51,136 nt of DNA. Origin: an uncultured bacterium (GTDB taxonomy: Bacteria > Patescibacteriota > Minisyncoccia > Phycocordibacterales > GWA1-40-21). The stretch lies in assembly GCA_903831595.1 (NCBI GenBank), contig CAIKXY010000010.1:1-51136 (forward strand), written 5' to 3'. The position numbers and the translations under genes are program-made. The notes below the pieces were generated by a model. That model made no database searches, was not told where the DNA came from, and worked only from the letters and a program-made list of their open reading frames with translations. Of this stretch, positions 1-10,312 are shown piece after piece. The first letter of the stretch is position 1; each line of letters begins with the position of its first letter.

Positions 1-2
1 AA

Positions 3-239
3 TATTTAGAAAAATTTAAAATAAGACATCAATCAAGAGATTCTTTACGAAATTCTGTTGCCGATGTTATAAAAGAAATTTGTGGTATAGAAATAGAACC
101 AAAAAAAATTGAAATAAAAAATTTTATTGCGAGAATAAATGAAAGGCCAATTGTAAAGACACAAATTTTTTTAAAAAAACAAAAAATACTTGAAATTTTA
201 GATAAAAAAATAGAAGGAAAAGTAAAAGAAATACTTTAA
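3..239 (+). CDS. hypothetical protein, C-terminal fragment (gene starts upstream of window)
   Basis: The frame is open from the window edge to TAA 237-239 (...ADVIKEICGIEIEPKKIEIKNFIARINERPIVKTQIFLKKQKILEILDKKIEGKVKEIL*) and is followed by a hairpin terminator. It is absent from the ORF track only because no start codon lies in the window. No family recognised. Confidence 0.4.
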   Translation, partial: YLEKFKIRHQSRDSLRNSVADVIKEICGIEIEPKKIEIKNFIARINERPIVKTQIFLKKQKILEILDKKIEGKVKEIL

Positions 240-247
240 TAACAAAA

Positions 248-281
248 CATAGACGCGTCCAAGGACGCGTCTATGTTTTTA
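248..281. terminator. bidirectional intrinsic terminator hairpin between convergent genes
   Basis: Inverted repeat catagacgcgtcc/ggacgcgtctatg with an A-rich 5' flank and a T-run 3' flank. It lies between the stop at 239 (+) and the PBP stop at 279 (-). Confidence 0.6.
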
Positions 282-2858
282 TTTAATTTTTATTTTAATA
301 GTTGACTCTCCTTTATTGTAAACGGTATCAGAAACAACCACCCTCAATTCGTTTGTTCCGATTACGTATGAATTTGTTGAGGATGGAACAAAGCCTATAA
401 CAAACGGGAAAGAGTCCGCGGTCCCTACAAGCTCATTATTTAGGTAAAAATCGGCCCTGGTGATGGGATAACGTGTGTTTGTGGTAAACATTACACTTAC
501 CCTATTATCTTTGCCGTACTCAATGTCTTGAGATGGATAAACAATGTTTATTTTGGGCTGATTAGCTTGTACATGGACATCATCAAATTGTGTTGGTTTT
601 ATTTTAAATGGAATAGTATTTGATGCCATCCAATTTTGTACACCATATTCCCACGAATTAAACTGTGGGTCATCTGATGGGTTCGTTGGCACTGGTCCTA
701 GTGGGTCATTTTTATCTACCCAATAAAGAATTGAGTGGACATTTGGCACAGAAACTTCAACTTTTGTTTCATCAGGTGTCATATCTGTTGCAAGTTTTCC
801 AGAAATTTTGTCAATAAAATATGTTTCGTTTCCTTGCCACAAACCTCGCAACGCCGGTTTGATGTTTTTATCGATTGGTTGTGGTTTAGTACAATTATTT
901 ATTGTTGTTGTACCGAGCGCAGAGTCCATAAGCTGTCTCCAAAGTGGTGCAACAATAAGTCCAGCAACATTTTTATGCATTGGTGTATTGTCATTGTTAC
1001 CAGCCCATGTTCCCAAAACTAAATCGGGCGTGTATCCGATAGTCCAAGCATCTTTTGAATCGTTTGTTGTTCCTGTTTTTGCTGCAACTTGTCTTCCAGG
1101 GAATGTAAAAACAGAATTTGTTCCATATTCTGGTGCCTTTGCAACATTATCTGACAGTACATCAGAAATTGTTTCTGCAATATTTGGTTCAAGAACGGTT
1201 TGAGAATTTTGTGAGTAAGATTCTAAAACATTTCCTTGTAAATCCTCAACGGAAAGTATTCCAGTATAAGAATTTTTTATTCCGTCATTTGCGAAGACTC
1301 CATAAGCGCTTGTTATATCAAGTAAAGAAACCTCTCCTCCTCCAAGTACTAGCGTGAGTCCATATTGGTTTGGGTCATCAGACAGACTTTTTATTCCCAT
1401 TGATTTTGCTGTTAATAATGAGTCTCTAATTCCAGCGAGATAAAGCAATTTAATAGAAGGAATGTTTAAAGACAAAGCGAGTGCATTTCTTAATGATATT
1501 GGTCCTCGGTATAGGCCATCAAAATCTTGTGGCATATAACAAGCCGTCGATGAGGAAATCACCGCGTTTGGATCTATTGGTTCACCTTGTGGTGTACATG
1601 TCGTTTGAAATTCTGTTGGAACATCAAAAAGCACAGTATCTGGCGTGTAACCTTTTTCAAATGCGGTTGCATAAACAAAGGGTTTGAAAGTTGAGCCGGG
1701 TTGTCGGTGGGCAAGTGCTACATTAAAATTTCCATCAATTTGTTTATCAAAATAATCTCTAGAACCAACCATTTCTAAAATTTGTCCGGTTTTTGGGTCG
1801 ATCGCGACCATCGCCAAGTTTGATGCATTAAAGTTCGGAACGCTTGTTGATGCATAAGCTTTTACAATTTCTTCTGCCTTTGATTGTAAATCATAATCAA
1901 GAGTGGTAATAACTTTCAATCCTTTTTGTTGAACAGCATCTTCTCCATATTTATCAACTAAATATTGTTTTATAAATTCTACAAAGTGAGGGGCTCTTAT
2001 TCCATATTTTTCTTGGGGTAAAAATGTAACATTTTCATTTATAGCTAAGTTATACTCATTTTTTGTAATAAAATTATTTTCAAGCATTTGTGACAAAACA
2101 AGTTTTTGTCTTACATTTAACTGTTTTTTATTTTGTCCATAAGGGGAGTAGTAAGTTGGTGCCTTTGGTATTGCAGCAAGATATGCTGCTTCGGCTAAAG
2201 TGACGTCAGACGCCTTTTTACCAAAAAAAGTTTCGCTGGCTTCTTCCACGCCATAAATATTTCCACCATAAGGATTGCTGTTTAAATAAACGGAAAGAAT
2301 CTGGTCTTTCGTCATTGTTTTTTCTAGCTCAATAGAAAGAAACCACTCTTTTAGCTTTCTTGTAATAGTTTTTTCTGTGGTAAGAAGAGAATTTTTAATA
2401 ACTTGCTGTGTAATTGTTGAACCCCCCTGGCTAAAGCTACCAGAAAAGATATTTGCAAAAATAGAGCGTATTATTGAAGAAATTTTTATACCACCATGTT
2501 GGTAGAAAGTTGAGTCTTCAATTGCCACTGTGGCATTTTTAATATTTTTTGAAATACTTTCAAATGGAACGACGGTTCTTTTTGTATCGGAATGTACGTC
2601 ATAAAGTAATATTTTTCCAGTGCGGTCATATATTTTTGTTGATTGGTTAATAACCCTTGTATCAAAAGAGTTTAAATCAGGCATCTGAAAAGTAGAAATC
2701 CATAAGGCGATAAGTCCACAAAACACAAAAAATATAGCAGCAATAATTATAAAAACTTGTTTAGGGTTTTTCTTCATAAAGTGTAGTGTTTTTTTGGCTT
2801 TCGGTTTAATCGTATGGGTAATGTGGTGTCTGGCTGTTCTGATTTTGTCTTCTAACAT
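279..2858 (-). CDS. class A penicillin-binding protein (bifunctional glycosyltransferase/transpeptidase, PBP1A family)
   Basis: 859-aa ORF with an N-terminal TM helix. GT51 motifs EDSTFYQHGGI, GGSTITQQ and RKLKE. Transpeptidase SxxK (STFKP) and KTGTT. Confidence 0.9.
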   Translation of the reverse strand: MLEDKIRTARHHITHTIKPKAKKTLHFMKKNPKQVFIIIAAIFFVFCGLIALWISTFQMPDLNSFDTRVINQSTKIYDRTGKILLYDVHSDTKRTVVPFESISKNIKNATVAIEDSTFYQHGGIKISSIIRSIFANIFSGSFSQGGSTITQQVIKNSLLTTEKTITRKLKEWFLSIELEKTMTKDQILSVYLNSNPYGGNIYGVEEASETFFGKKASDVTLAEAAYLAAIPKAPTYYSPYGQNKKQLNVRQKLVLSQMLENNFITKNEYNLAINENVTFLPQEKYGIRAPHFVEFIKQYLVDKYGEDAVQQKGLKVITTLDYDLQSKAEEIVKAYASTSVPNFNASNLAMVAIDPKTGQILEMVGSRDYFDKQIDGNFNVALAHRQPGSTFKPFVYATAFEKGYTPDTVLFDVPTEFQTTCTPQGEPIDPNAVISSSTACYMPQDFDGLYRGPISLRNALALSLNIPSIKLLYLAGIRDSLLTAKSMGIKSLSDDPNQYGLTLVLGGGEVSLLDITSAYGVFANDGIKNSYTGILSVEDLQGNVLESYSQNSQTVLEPNIAETISDVLSDNVAKAPEYGTNSVFTFPGRQVAAKTGTTNDSKDAWTIGYTPDLVLGTWAGNNDNTPMHKNVAGLIVAPLWRQLMDSALGTTTINNCTKPQPIDKNIKPALRGLWQGNETYFIDKISGKLATDMTPDETKVEVSVPNVHSILYWVDKNDPLGPVPTNPSDDPQFNSWEYGVQNWMASNTIPFKIKPTQFDDVHVQANQPKINIVYPSQDIEYGKDNRVSVMFTTNTRYPITRADFYLNNELVGTADSFPFVIGFVPSSTNSYVIGTNELRVVVSDTVYNKGESTIKIKIK

Positions 2859-2919
2859 AAAAAAGATTATAACATTTTAATAGATAGAAAAAAACAATCA
2901 ATTATGATAGATTTAGAGT

Positions 2920-4119
2920 ATGAAAATCAATACAGATCCAAAAAAAATAGAACACTTTTTAACTCGTGGGGTTGAAAATATTTTTCCCAATAAAGATTTT
3001 TTGAAAAAACAACTTTTAAGTGGTAAAAAATTAAAAATGTATCTTGGCTTTGACCCCACTGGTCCAACATTACACTTAGGTCATGCAGTACAACTAATAA
3101 AATTAAAAGAATTTCAAGAGCTGGGCCACCAAGTTATTTTACTCATAGGAGATTTTACTGCGATGATAGGGGACCCTGACAAACTTTCTGTTAGAAAACC
3201 ACTTACAAAAAGTGAAGTGTTAAATAATTGTAGATTATATAAAAAACAATCATCAAGATTTATAAATTTTGGTTTTGGTGGCGCAAGACTTGTATATAAT
3301 TCGAAGTGGTTAAGTAAAATGAATTTTAATGACATTCTTACACTTACTTCAAAGATGACAGTTCAACAAATGCTAGAAAGAGATATGTTTAAAAAAAGGT
3401 TTGATGAAAAAAGGCCAGTTTATATTCATGAGTTTTTATACCCGCTAATGCAAGGTTATGATTCTGTCGTACTTGATGTTGATGGTGAAATTGGAGGTAA
3501 TGATCAAACTTTTAATATGCTTGCTGGAAGAAATTTAATGAAGGAAATGGTGAATAAAGAAAAGTTTGTTCTTACTACAAAACTCTTAGAAGACAACTCA
3601 GGTATAAAAATGGGGAAAACAATGGGTAATATGGTGTCAATGTTGGAAGATGAATATCAAATGTTTGGAAAAGTGATGAGTTGGACTGACGGAATGATTT
3701 TACCTGGGTTTGAACTTTGTACTTATGTTTCTGATGAAGACTTAGAAAAATACAAAAAAAATTTAGAGAGCGGAGTTAATCCTCGCGATATAAAAATTAT
3801 TTTAGCAAAAGAAATAATAAAAGTTTATTATAATCAAGAAAAAGCTGATAATGCAGAGAAAAATTTTATAGAAACTTTTCAAAAAGGAGGATTGCCAGAA
3901 AATATTGAAGAAATTAAAACAGAAAATGGAAAATCTCTAATAGAACTTTTAGTTGAAAAGAAAATAGTTGCTTCAAAAACTGATTTTAGAAGATTAATAA
4001 CAGAAAATGCTGTCAGTAATGCAGTTTCTGGAGAAAAAATCACAGATCCAAACTTTAAAATACTTACCGACATTACTATCAAAGTTGGGAAAAAGAGGTT
4101 TGTAAAAATTACTATTTAA
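2920..4119 (+). CDS. tyrS: tyrosine--tRNA ligase
   Basis: 399 aa. Class I HIGH-type motif (PTGPTLHLGH), KMSKS-type motif (KMGKT) and a C-terminal S4-like tail. Confidence 0.88.
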   Translation: MKINTDPKKIEHFLTRGVENIFPNKDFLKKQLLSGKKLKMYLGFDPTGPTLHLGHAVQLIKLKEFQELGHQVILLIGDFTAMIGDPDKLSVRKPLTKSEVLNNCRLYKKQSSRFINFGFGGARLVYNSKWLSKMNFNDILTLTSKMTVQQMLERDMFKKRFDEKRPVYIHEFLYPLMQGYDSVVLDVDGEIGGNDQTFNMLAGRNLMKEMVNKEKFVLTTKLLEDNSGIKMGKTMGNMVSMLEDEYQMFGKVMSWTDGMILPGFELCTYVSDEDLEKYKKNLESGVNPRDIKIILAKEIIKVYYNQEKADNAEKNFIETFQKGGLPENIEEIKTENGKSLIELLVEKKIVASKTDFRRLITENAVSNAVSGEKITDPNFKILTDITIKVGKKRFVKITI

Positions 4120-4120
4120 T

Positions 4121-4597
4121 ATGAAAGTTATAGCAATAGACCCAGGGTACGAAAGAATGGGTGTAGCAATTATAGAAAAGACCTCGAGGGAAGAGGTTTT
4201 GTTGTTTTCCGAATGTTTTAAAACATCTTCAAAAATTTTCCATGCAGAAAGATTAAAACTTATTGGAAAAGAAATTGAGAGTTTAATTAAAAAATATAAA
4301 CCAGAAGCAATGGCAATTGAAACTTTGTTTTTTAAAAATAATCAAAAAACAGCGATGCTTGTGGCTGAAGCTAGGGGGGTGATGCTTTATGTTGCATCAG
4401 CGCTTGGCGTTTCTGTAAAAGAATTTTCTCCAATGGCTATAAAAATAGCTGTGACGGGATATGGAAATTCCGATAAAGAGCAGGTCACATATATGGTAGA
4501 AAAATTAATTAAAATAAAAACAAAAATCAAATACGATGATGAGTATGATGCAATAGCAGTGGGGCTTACATATTTTGCGAGTGTAAAAAACTATTAA
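4121..4597 (+). CDS. ruvC: crossover junction endodeoxyribonuclease RuvC
   Basis: 158 aa. MKVIAIDPGYERMGVAIIE N-terminus, AIETLFF and C-terminal DDEYDAIAVG acidic catalytic residues typical of RuvC. Confidence 0.9.
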   Translation: MKVIAIDPGYERMGVAIIEKTSREEVLLFSECFKTSSKIFHAERLKLIGKEIESLIKKYKPEAMAIETLFFKNNQKTAMLVAEARGVMLYVASALGVSVKEFSPMAIKIAVTGYGNSDKEQVTYMVEKLIKIKTKIKYDDEYDAIAVGLTYFASVKNY

Positions 4598-4630
4598 AAA
4601 AAGCGGCCACTTCGTGGCCGCTTTTTTTTA
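4596..4630 (+). terminator. intrinsic terminator (UUCG-loop hairpin plus T-run)
   Basis: gcggccac-ttcg-gtggccgc followed by tttttttt, immediately after the ruvC stop. An A-run upstream makes it potentially bidirectional. Confidence 0.7.
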
Positions 4631-4671
4631 TTTGCTTTATAATTTTCAACTTTTAAACTTTCTAACTCACT

Positions 4672-4917
4672 TTACCATTCATTCAAAGGTCTATAATCTC
4701 CAGAATCAATATCATCATCATCTTCTTCGCCTAGTGGAGATTCCTCTTCCTCAAGAAGTGGGTCGACTGGAGCAACTTCATCAAATGCATCGAGAACTCC
4801 ATCAGACAAAGTGCCAGATTCTTTTTCGGTTTCTTCTTCACCCCCAACCTTTTTTACTTCCTCATCTTTCTTCTCGTCTATTTTTTTTGTTTTTTTCATC
4901 TTACTATTTTTTTTCAT
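4672..4917 (-). CDS. small highly acidic hypothetical protein
   Basis: 81-aa ORF with a Lys-rich N-terminus and a Glu/Asp-rich body ending DDDDIDSGDYRPLNEW. It is preferred over the overlapping + strand ORF 4614..5084, which runs through the terminator and is low-complexity. No family recognised. Confidence 0.4.
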   Translation of the reverse strand: MKKNSKMKKTKKIDEKKDEEVKKVGGEEETEKESGTLSDGVLDAFDEVAPVDPLLEEEESPLGEEDDDDIDSGDYRPLNEW

Positions 4918-5173
4918 ATAAATTTGGCAAATTTACTTTTATAAAATTGCTCAAAACAGAGCTATTAGATACATTCTCTAAAATTTTAAAAAAAATGCAA
5001 ATAGTCAAAACTGTGGACAACTTCCAAAATTCAAGAAGCGAAGCGACTATGAATTTTGAGAATCCTGTTAAAAGTCGTAATTAAACGTTTGTTTATAAAT
5101 AAACAGAGCCGAAGGCGGGGTTGCAGATAGATATTTATTTAAAAATTTACTCCATTTAGACTTTGTACTGGGA

Positions 5174-5704
5174 TTACTCCGCATTCGTATAAACCTCTTG
5201 AACATCATCATTATTTTCCAAATCTTCAATCAATTTTTCCAATTTCGGAGTATCTTCTTCTGACACCTGCGTCATCATTTTAGGAATCCAGCCTTCAGGT
5301 TTTTTATCAAATGCCCAAGAAGCACTACCAGAACTTGCAAGGGAAGTATCATTTAAAGATAAAATATGTTTAATTTCTGCAGCGGCTCTGTTTTTATTTG
5401 ATGTAAGGCCTTCAATTATAATTGCTACTCCTCCTGGACCGTAAGCTTCGTAAGTAACTTCTTCCATTTGTTCCGCACCAGCACCGACAGCTTTTTTAAT
5501 TGCTCTATCAATATTATCGTTTGGCATGTCAGCGGCTTTTGCTCTTTCAATCGCAGCCTTAAGGCCTGGCGAAAGTAAGTTGCCATTAGCTTTTTTTGCT
5601 TCCATTTGCAAAAGTTTTGCATATTTTGTAAACACAGCACTTTTTTGTGCATCAGTCTTTGCTTTTAATCTTTTTATTTTTGAAAATTTATTATGCCCAC
5701 TCAT
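5174..5704 (-). CDS. YebC/PmpR family DNA-binding regulator (shortened form)
   Basis: MSGHNKFSKIKRLKA...YEAYGPGGVAIIIE...DDVQEVYTN matches YebC N- and C-terminal signatures. It is 176 aa against about 240 aa in the canonical family. Confidence 0.85.
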   Translation of the reverse strand: MSGHNKFSKIKRLKAKTDAQKSAVFTKYAKLLQMEAKKANGNLLSPGLKAAIERAKAADMPNDNIDRAIKKAVGAGAEQMEEVTYEAYGPGGVAIIIEGLTSNKNRAAAEIKHILSLNDTSLASSGSASWAFDKKPEGWIPKMMTQVSEEDTPKLEKLIEDLENNDDVQEVYTNAE

Positions 5705-5783
5705 ATAAAGTAGGATATATCATAAGAATTAAAAAAACAAGTAAAGTTTGCCAATATAATCTCTAGGTTGTAGTATTATAAAC

Positions 5784-6971
5784 ATGTTTAATTTTACTAA
5801 CATTTTTGAAAGTGAAATAGAAAAAGAGAAAAAAATAGATATACCAGCATTTTTTAATTTTACACTCCCAATAACACAAAAAGAAAAAGAAATTATAAAA
5901 CAAGTATCTAAGTCCAATGATATTAGTTGGGTTTCAAGAAACGTTTTAGAAACGGCTGACTTCGACACCACCTTTAAATGGCCCAAAAAACTTCCAGAGG
6001 GTTTTAACCCAGAAGAATTAATTGAAGGATGTAAAAATCCCGGGCTTGGAATCGATGAACTTCATAAGAGTGGTATTACCGGTAAGGGAATAACGGTTGC
6101 AATTATTGATCAAACAATTTCTCCAAAGCACAAAGAATTTAAAAATAATTTGATTAAAAATAAAGAATATAGTGATGGAAAACCAAAAATAATTATGGGT
6201 AAAATTAGTATGCACGGACCGGCGGTTGCCAGCCTCCTTGTTGGGAAAAAATGTGGTGTTGCTCCCGATGCAAAGCTTTATTATGCAGGGCATGGTGGAG
6301 AAACCAATAGTTTTTTAAGTTTTACAAAAGCATTAAAAGATATTATTGAATATAACAAAACTCATGAAGATAAAATTAAAATAGTTAGTGTTTCAAAGGG
6401 ATATCAAGAAATTCCAGGGGTAAAAGAATGGCTTGAACTTAAAAAAGAAGCCAAAAACCTAGGCATTACTGTTATTGATTGTGATTATTTTAATGAAAAT
6501 AATATTCATGGAGGTGGTTCAATAATAAACAAAGATAAACCAGACGATTATGAATTACCACTTTTCTATCCAAATTCGCAAAGAAATATACCCTCAATAG
6601 AAGACCTTAAACATAAACTTTCTTTAACTGATGAATATACACGAAAAAATTTCTTTGATAAATATAAAACAGAGCAAAATTATATTAACACAATTAAAGA
6701 ATCTTTAATTGTGCCGTCGGATTACAGAACAATGGCTTCTATGAAAGGAAATGATGAATATGTATATAATGCAAAAGGGGGATGGAGTTGGGCAGTACCC
6801 TATTATGCTGGAGTTTTTGCACTTGCTTTACAAGTAAACCCAGATTTAACAAATGAAAAGTTTTTAGAGATTGTAAAAAGAACGGCAGGTAAAACAAAAA
6901 AAGGATTTAAAGTAATTAACCCTCCGGGAATAATTGAGGAGGTAAAGAAAACGGTTGAAAAAGAAAAATAA
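5784..6971 (+). CDS. subtilisin-like (S8 family) serine peptidase
   Basis: Asp/His/Ser triad contexts GKGITVAIIDQ, HGPAVASLLVG and GGWSWAVPYYAGVFALAL in the S8 order. No obvious signal peptide. Confidence 0.6.
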   Translation: MFNFTNIFESEIEKEKKIDIPAFFNFTLPITQKEKEIIKQVSKSNDISWVSRNVLETADFDTTFKWPKKLPEGFNPEELIEGCKNPGLGIDELHKSGITGKGITVAIIDQTISPKHKEFKNNLIKNKEYSDGKPKIIMGKISMHGPAVASLLVGKKCGVAPDAKLYYAGHGGETNSFLSFTKALKDIIEYNKTHEDKIKIVSVSKGYQEIPGVKEWLELKKEAKNLGITVIDCDYFNENNIHGGGSIINKDKPDDYELPLFYPNSQRNIPSIEDLKHKLSLTDEYTRKNFFDKYKTEQNYINTIKESLIVPSDYRTMASMKGNDEYVYNAKGGWSWAVPYYAGVFALALQVNPDLTNEKFLEIVKRTAGKTKKGFKVINPPGIIEEVKKTVEKEK

Positions 6972-7007
6972 AACAAAGAGCGGCGCCGAAGGCGCCGCTC
7001 TTTGTTT
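6971..7007. terminator. bidirectional GC-rich hairpin terminator
   Basis: aaacaaagagcggcgcc-gaa-ggcgccgctctttgttt between convergent genes. The stem core agagcggcgcc is identical to the terminator at 31726-31750. Confidence 0.7.
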
Positions 7008-7013
7008 TATTTT

Positions 7014-8054
7014 TTATAAATCTAAACCTTTTAATTTTTTTCCTAAATGTTTTCTTGCTCTATCAGTGACCGTTCTTCCTCTTGGCGTTCTTTCTATCAA
7101 ACCAAGTTTGAGGAGGTAAGGCTCATAAACATCTTCTATCGTCGCCTGCTCTTCGGAAAGCGCGGCAGCAAGTGTATTTAGTCCAACAGGTCCGCCATTA
7201 AACTTATCCTCAATTATGGTCAACATTGCTCTATCCTCGTTATTAAGGCCTAATTCATCAATATTTAGCATATTTAAGGCCTCATTTACAATATTATTTG
7301 TGAGTTTTTGCTCTTTTACTTGTGCCAAATCACGTCCTCTTTTCAAAAGGTAGTTTGCAGTTCTTGGAGTGCTTCGGCTTCTCTTTGCAATTTCTTTTTT
7401 TGCTTCAGAATCAATTTCTACACCAAGAATTTTTGCAGAACGTTCAATTATTTTTTCTATTTCTTCATCAGAATAAAATTCGAGCTTAAATATTCCACCA
7501 GAAAAACGAGAACGAAGAGGAGCAGACAACATTGCGATCCTCGTTGTTGCGGCAATCAAAGTAAATGGAGGAAGATCGAGCTGGATTGTTCTAGCGCTTG
7601 GACCTTTACCAATAATAATATCGAGTGAACCAGTTTCCATAGCAGGGTAGAGAACTTCCTCAATTGTTTTATTTAGTCTGTGGATTTCATCAATAAAAAG
7701 AATATCTCCCGGCGAAAGATTTGTAAGGATTGAAGCGAGATCACCAACTTTTTCAATTGCTGGGCCAGAAGTAGACTTTAATTGAGCACGAGTTTCTTTT
7801 GCAATAAGATTTGCGAGAGTTGTTTTTCCAAGTCCTGGAGGACCATAAAAAAGTAAATGTTCTGGCGGATGTTTTCTTTGTTCAGCTGCTTTTAATAAAA
7901 TTTTAAGGTTGTCTTTGATGTTTTGTTGGCCGATATATTCTGCCCATGAATTTGGTCTTAATGTTTGGTCTAAAAATTTCTCATCACCGTTTACAGGGCT
8001 ATTTTCTTGGGTATTTTTAGGAATAGGAGTTTTTTTATCATTTTTTCTTGACAT
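7014..8054 (-). CDS. ruvB: Holliday junction branch migration helicase RuvB
   Basis: 346 aa. Walker [12 protein letters not shown], Walker [10 protein letters not shown] and a C-terminal winged-helix region typical of RuvB. Confidence 0.95.
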   Translation of the reverse strand: MSRKNDKKTPIPKNTQENSPVNGDEKFLDQTLRPNSWAEYIGQQNIKDNLKILLKAAEQRKHPPEHLLFYGPPGLGKTTLANLIAKETRAQLKSTSGPAIEKVGDLASILTNLSPGDILFIDEIHRLNKTIEEVLYPAMETGSLDIIIGKGPSARTIQLDLPPFTLIAATTRIAMLSAPLRSRFSGGIFKLEFYSDEEIEKIIERSAKILGVEIDSEAKKEIAKRSRSTPRTANYLLKRGRDLAQVKEQKLTNNIVNEALNMLNIDELGLNNEDRAMLTIIEDKFNGGPVGLNTLAAALSEEQATIEDVYEPYLLKLGLIERTPRGRTVTDRARKHLGKKLKGLDL

Positions 8055-8132
8055 AATATTATTCTATGATATACTCTTTTTAGAGCCTATGAGGGGCATT
8101 TTTTATTTCTCCTCGGATTTTGTTTGTCGTTC

Positions 8133-8293
8133 TGAATATAAATCTCTAAACAATTGTGCTCGCAAGAGCATACGGGTTCTTTTTCAAGGACATTTTGGTC
8201 TTATTTCTTCGGAAATATTGCTGAGGTTATCCTTAAAAACTAATTTAACTTTTTACCGCCAGGTTTAAAGTATTGTTTAGAGATTTATGTTTT
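8133..8293 (+). ncRNA. candidate structured RNA of unknown class
   Basis: A 17-nt perfect long-range inverted repeat (8138-8154 ataaatctctaaacaat / 8272-8288 attgtttagagatttat), extendable with wobbles. It encloses a GNRA-loop hairpin (8156-8171, tgctc-gcaa-gagca) and a UUCG-loop hairpin (8202-8217, tatttc-ttcg-gaaata). Both tetraloops are canonical only on the + strand. Confidence 0.3.
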
Positions 8294-8549
8294 GAACACA
8301 GCGTTTGGGATTTATTCCAAAGCATCTCTTATTTTTTATCTTATTACTGTTTAGAATTTTTGCAAGTTCTAATATTTTTAGGACACATTTAGATTTATTT
8401 CTCAAGTAGGGTAATAAATTTTGACATTAAAATTGTTTTTGTTTATATGGTCACAGTTTATATTTACCATCAAGAAACAAAAAACATTGTTTGTAACTAA
8501 AATTTCAAAACGATGTCAAAATTTAGTATCTTACTACAAAATAATAAGA

Positions 8550-10232
8550 TTATTGTTGTATTTCCAAGTCTATAACTCTTCCGAGTTCATCTATTGAACT
8601 TATTCCTTTTAATACTTTTAGAATTCCATCTTGTTTCATATCAAGAATATTTTGTGGTATTGCAACCTCTTTAATTTCTCTATCAGATGCATTATTTACA
8701 ATAGCTTCCTCAATTTCACGCGTTGAAAGAATGGCTTCAACAATAGCTATTCTGCCTTTATATCCAGTACCGTTACATTTATCGCATCCTTTTGCTTCAA
8801 ATATTTTTTTTGTTTGGATACCATCTAAATATGTTTTATCATGAATACTTTCTAGTGTTTCTGTGATAATTTTATTTTCTTTTATATTAGGCTCTTTTTC
8901 AACCTTACAAAAATCACAAAGTTTTCTTAAAAGTCTTTGTGCCATAGCTACATGCATAGCAGACGGAATTGTTTTCGGATTTACACCAAGGTCGATCAAC
9001 CTAGGAAATGCACCAGCAGCTGAGTTGGTGTGCAGAGTCGAAAATACTAAGTGTCCTGTAAGTGCAGCTTGAATTGCAGTCGCTGCTGTTTCCGGATCTC
9101 GAATTTCTCCCACCATTATTACATCAGGGTCTTGCCTCATTGCTGCACGAAGCCCTGCGAGAAAAGTGTAACCTTTTTCTTCTTCAACTTGGGTTTGAAC
9201 GATTCCGTCCAAATGATATTCAACAGGATCTTCAATTGTGATGATTTTTACATCCGGAGAATAAATTTTTCTCATAAATGCATAAAGTGTTGTTGTTTTA
9301 CCAGAGCCTGTTGGACCAGTTATCAAAAGCATACCGTTTGGCTTGCTAATTTGTTCAATTAAAATATTTAAAGTCCTTTTTTCAATACCAAGTTGCTCTA
9401 AAGAAACTGCAATTGATTTTGGGTTCAAAAGCCTCATAACAATAGATTCATCATAAGCGCCGGGTATCACAGAAGTTCTTATTTCGATATTGTTGTCTTT
9501 TATTTTAATACTAAAACGACCATCCTGCGCTTCATCTTTAACGTTTAATTTTAAACCCGAAAGGAGCTTGATCCTTGAAAGTAATAAATTGTATGTACTT
9601 TTATCAAAAACAAAAGTGTCGAGAAGAACCCCATCAATTCTAAATCTCATTCTGACATCTTTTTCTTCTGGCTCAAGGTGAACATCTGAAGCGCCAAGTG
9701 CAAGGGCCCCAGCAAGCATGATCTCCATAATTTTAGATATTCTATATGTCTGTTTTACACCCAAAAGATCGTTTGTAAACTTTTCGATATCTGCAACGTG
9801 TTTGACCTTTTCCATTAAAACAGAAACATTTTCACTAGCAATATCAAAAGTCCCGGCAGTACTTTCTGAAGAGTATGATAAATCTTTATATCTGCCCCAC
9901 GCCTTTTCCAAACTTTTTCTTGAAACCATATGTACAGCAGGAAAATAACCATCATTTGATAATCTGTTTAATATTGAAATAGTTTTCTCATCATTCGGAG
10001 ATATAATAGCTACCTGAATTTTTTTACCAACCATTTGAAAAACTGCGGTGTTTGTAGCACGGGCTTCTTCCTCATTTAATATTCTTAGTGCGTCACTGTT
10101 TATTGGGATAGAACTCAAATCTAAATAATTATAGCCATATCTTCCAGCTAAAATTCTTGAAACATCTTCCTCTTCATTTTTTCGCATTTCTTCAAGACGC
10201 TTTTCCTGTTTTTCTTCATCAAAATCTACCAT
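8550..10232 (-). CDS. pilB: type IV pilus / type II secretion assembly ATPase (GspE/PilB family), paralog 1
   Basis: 560 aa. Walker A GPTGSGKTTTL, MVGEIRD, His box TGHLVFSTLHTN and a tetracysteine motif CDFCK...CDKCNGTGYKGR. Confidence 0.9.
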   Translation of the reverse strand: MVDFDEEKQEKRLEEMRKNEEEDVSRILAGRYGYNYLDLSSIPINSDALRILNEEEARATNTAVFQMVGKKIQVAIISPNDEKTISILNRLSNDGYFPAVHMVSRKSLEKAWGRYKDLSYSSESTAGTFDIASENVSVLMEKVKHVADIEKFTNDLLGVKQTYRISKIMEIMLAGALALGASDVHLEPEEKDVRMRFRIDGVLLDTFVFDKSTYNLLLSRIKLLSGLKLNVKDEAQDGRFSIKIKDNNIEIRTSVIPGAYDESIVMRLLNPKSIAVSLEQLGIEKRTLNILIEQISKPNGMLLITGPTGSGKTTTLYAFMRKIYSPDVKIITIEDPVEYHLDGIVQTQVEEEKGYTFLAGLRAAMRQDPDVIMVGEIRDPETAATAIQAALTGHLVFSTLHTNSAAGAFPRLIDLGVNPKTIPSAMHVAMAQRLLRKLCDFCKVEKEPNIKENKIITETLESIHDKTYLDGIQTKKIFEAKGCDKCNGTGYKGRIAIVEAILSTREIEEAIVNNASDREIKEVAIPQNILDMKQDGILKVLKGISSIDELGRVIDLEIQQ

Positions 10233-10312
10233 GACAATATAATATCATAAATAGACAAAAAACATACAAAATAATGGATAATTTTAAGGAAAGATTGATA
10301 TTTTTAATAGGC

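Noticed and set aside
735-2858. Multiple 60-190-aa ORFs antisense to long genes (e.g. 735..1022, 808..1203, 14558..15079, 17658..18242, 45691..46191)
   Set aside because: All are embedded opposite well-supported conserved genes, have low-complexity or hydrophobic composition typical of antisense frames in AT-rich DNA, and lack recognisable motifs.
4614-5084. 156-aa + strand ORF after ruvC
   Set aside because: It starts inside the ruvC terminator hairpin, is low-complexity (Leu/Phe/His-rich), and is antisense to a more plausible acidic ORF. Judged spurious.
4918-5173. 250-bp spacer between the YebC gene and the acidic ORF, with a 9-bp stem (caaaattca/tgaattttg) around a gcgaagc mini-hairpin, as an ncRNA
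   Set aside because: The structure is short, and the region is AT-rich with no terminator or promoter signature I could support.
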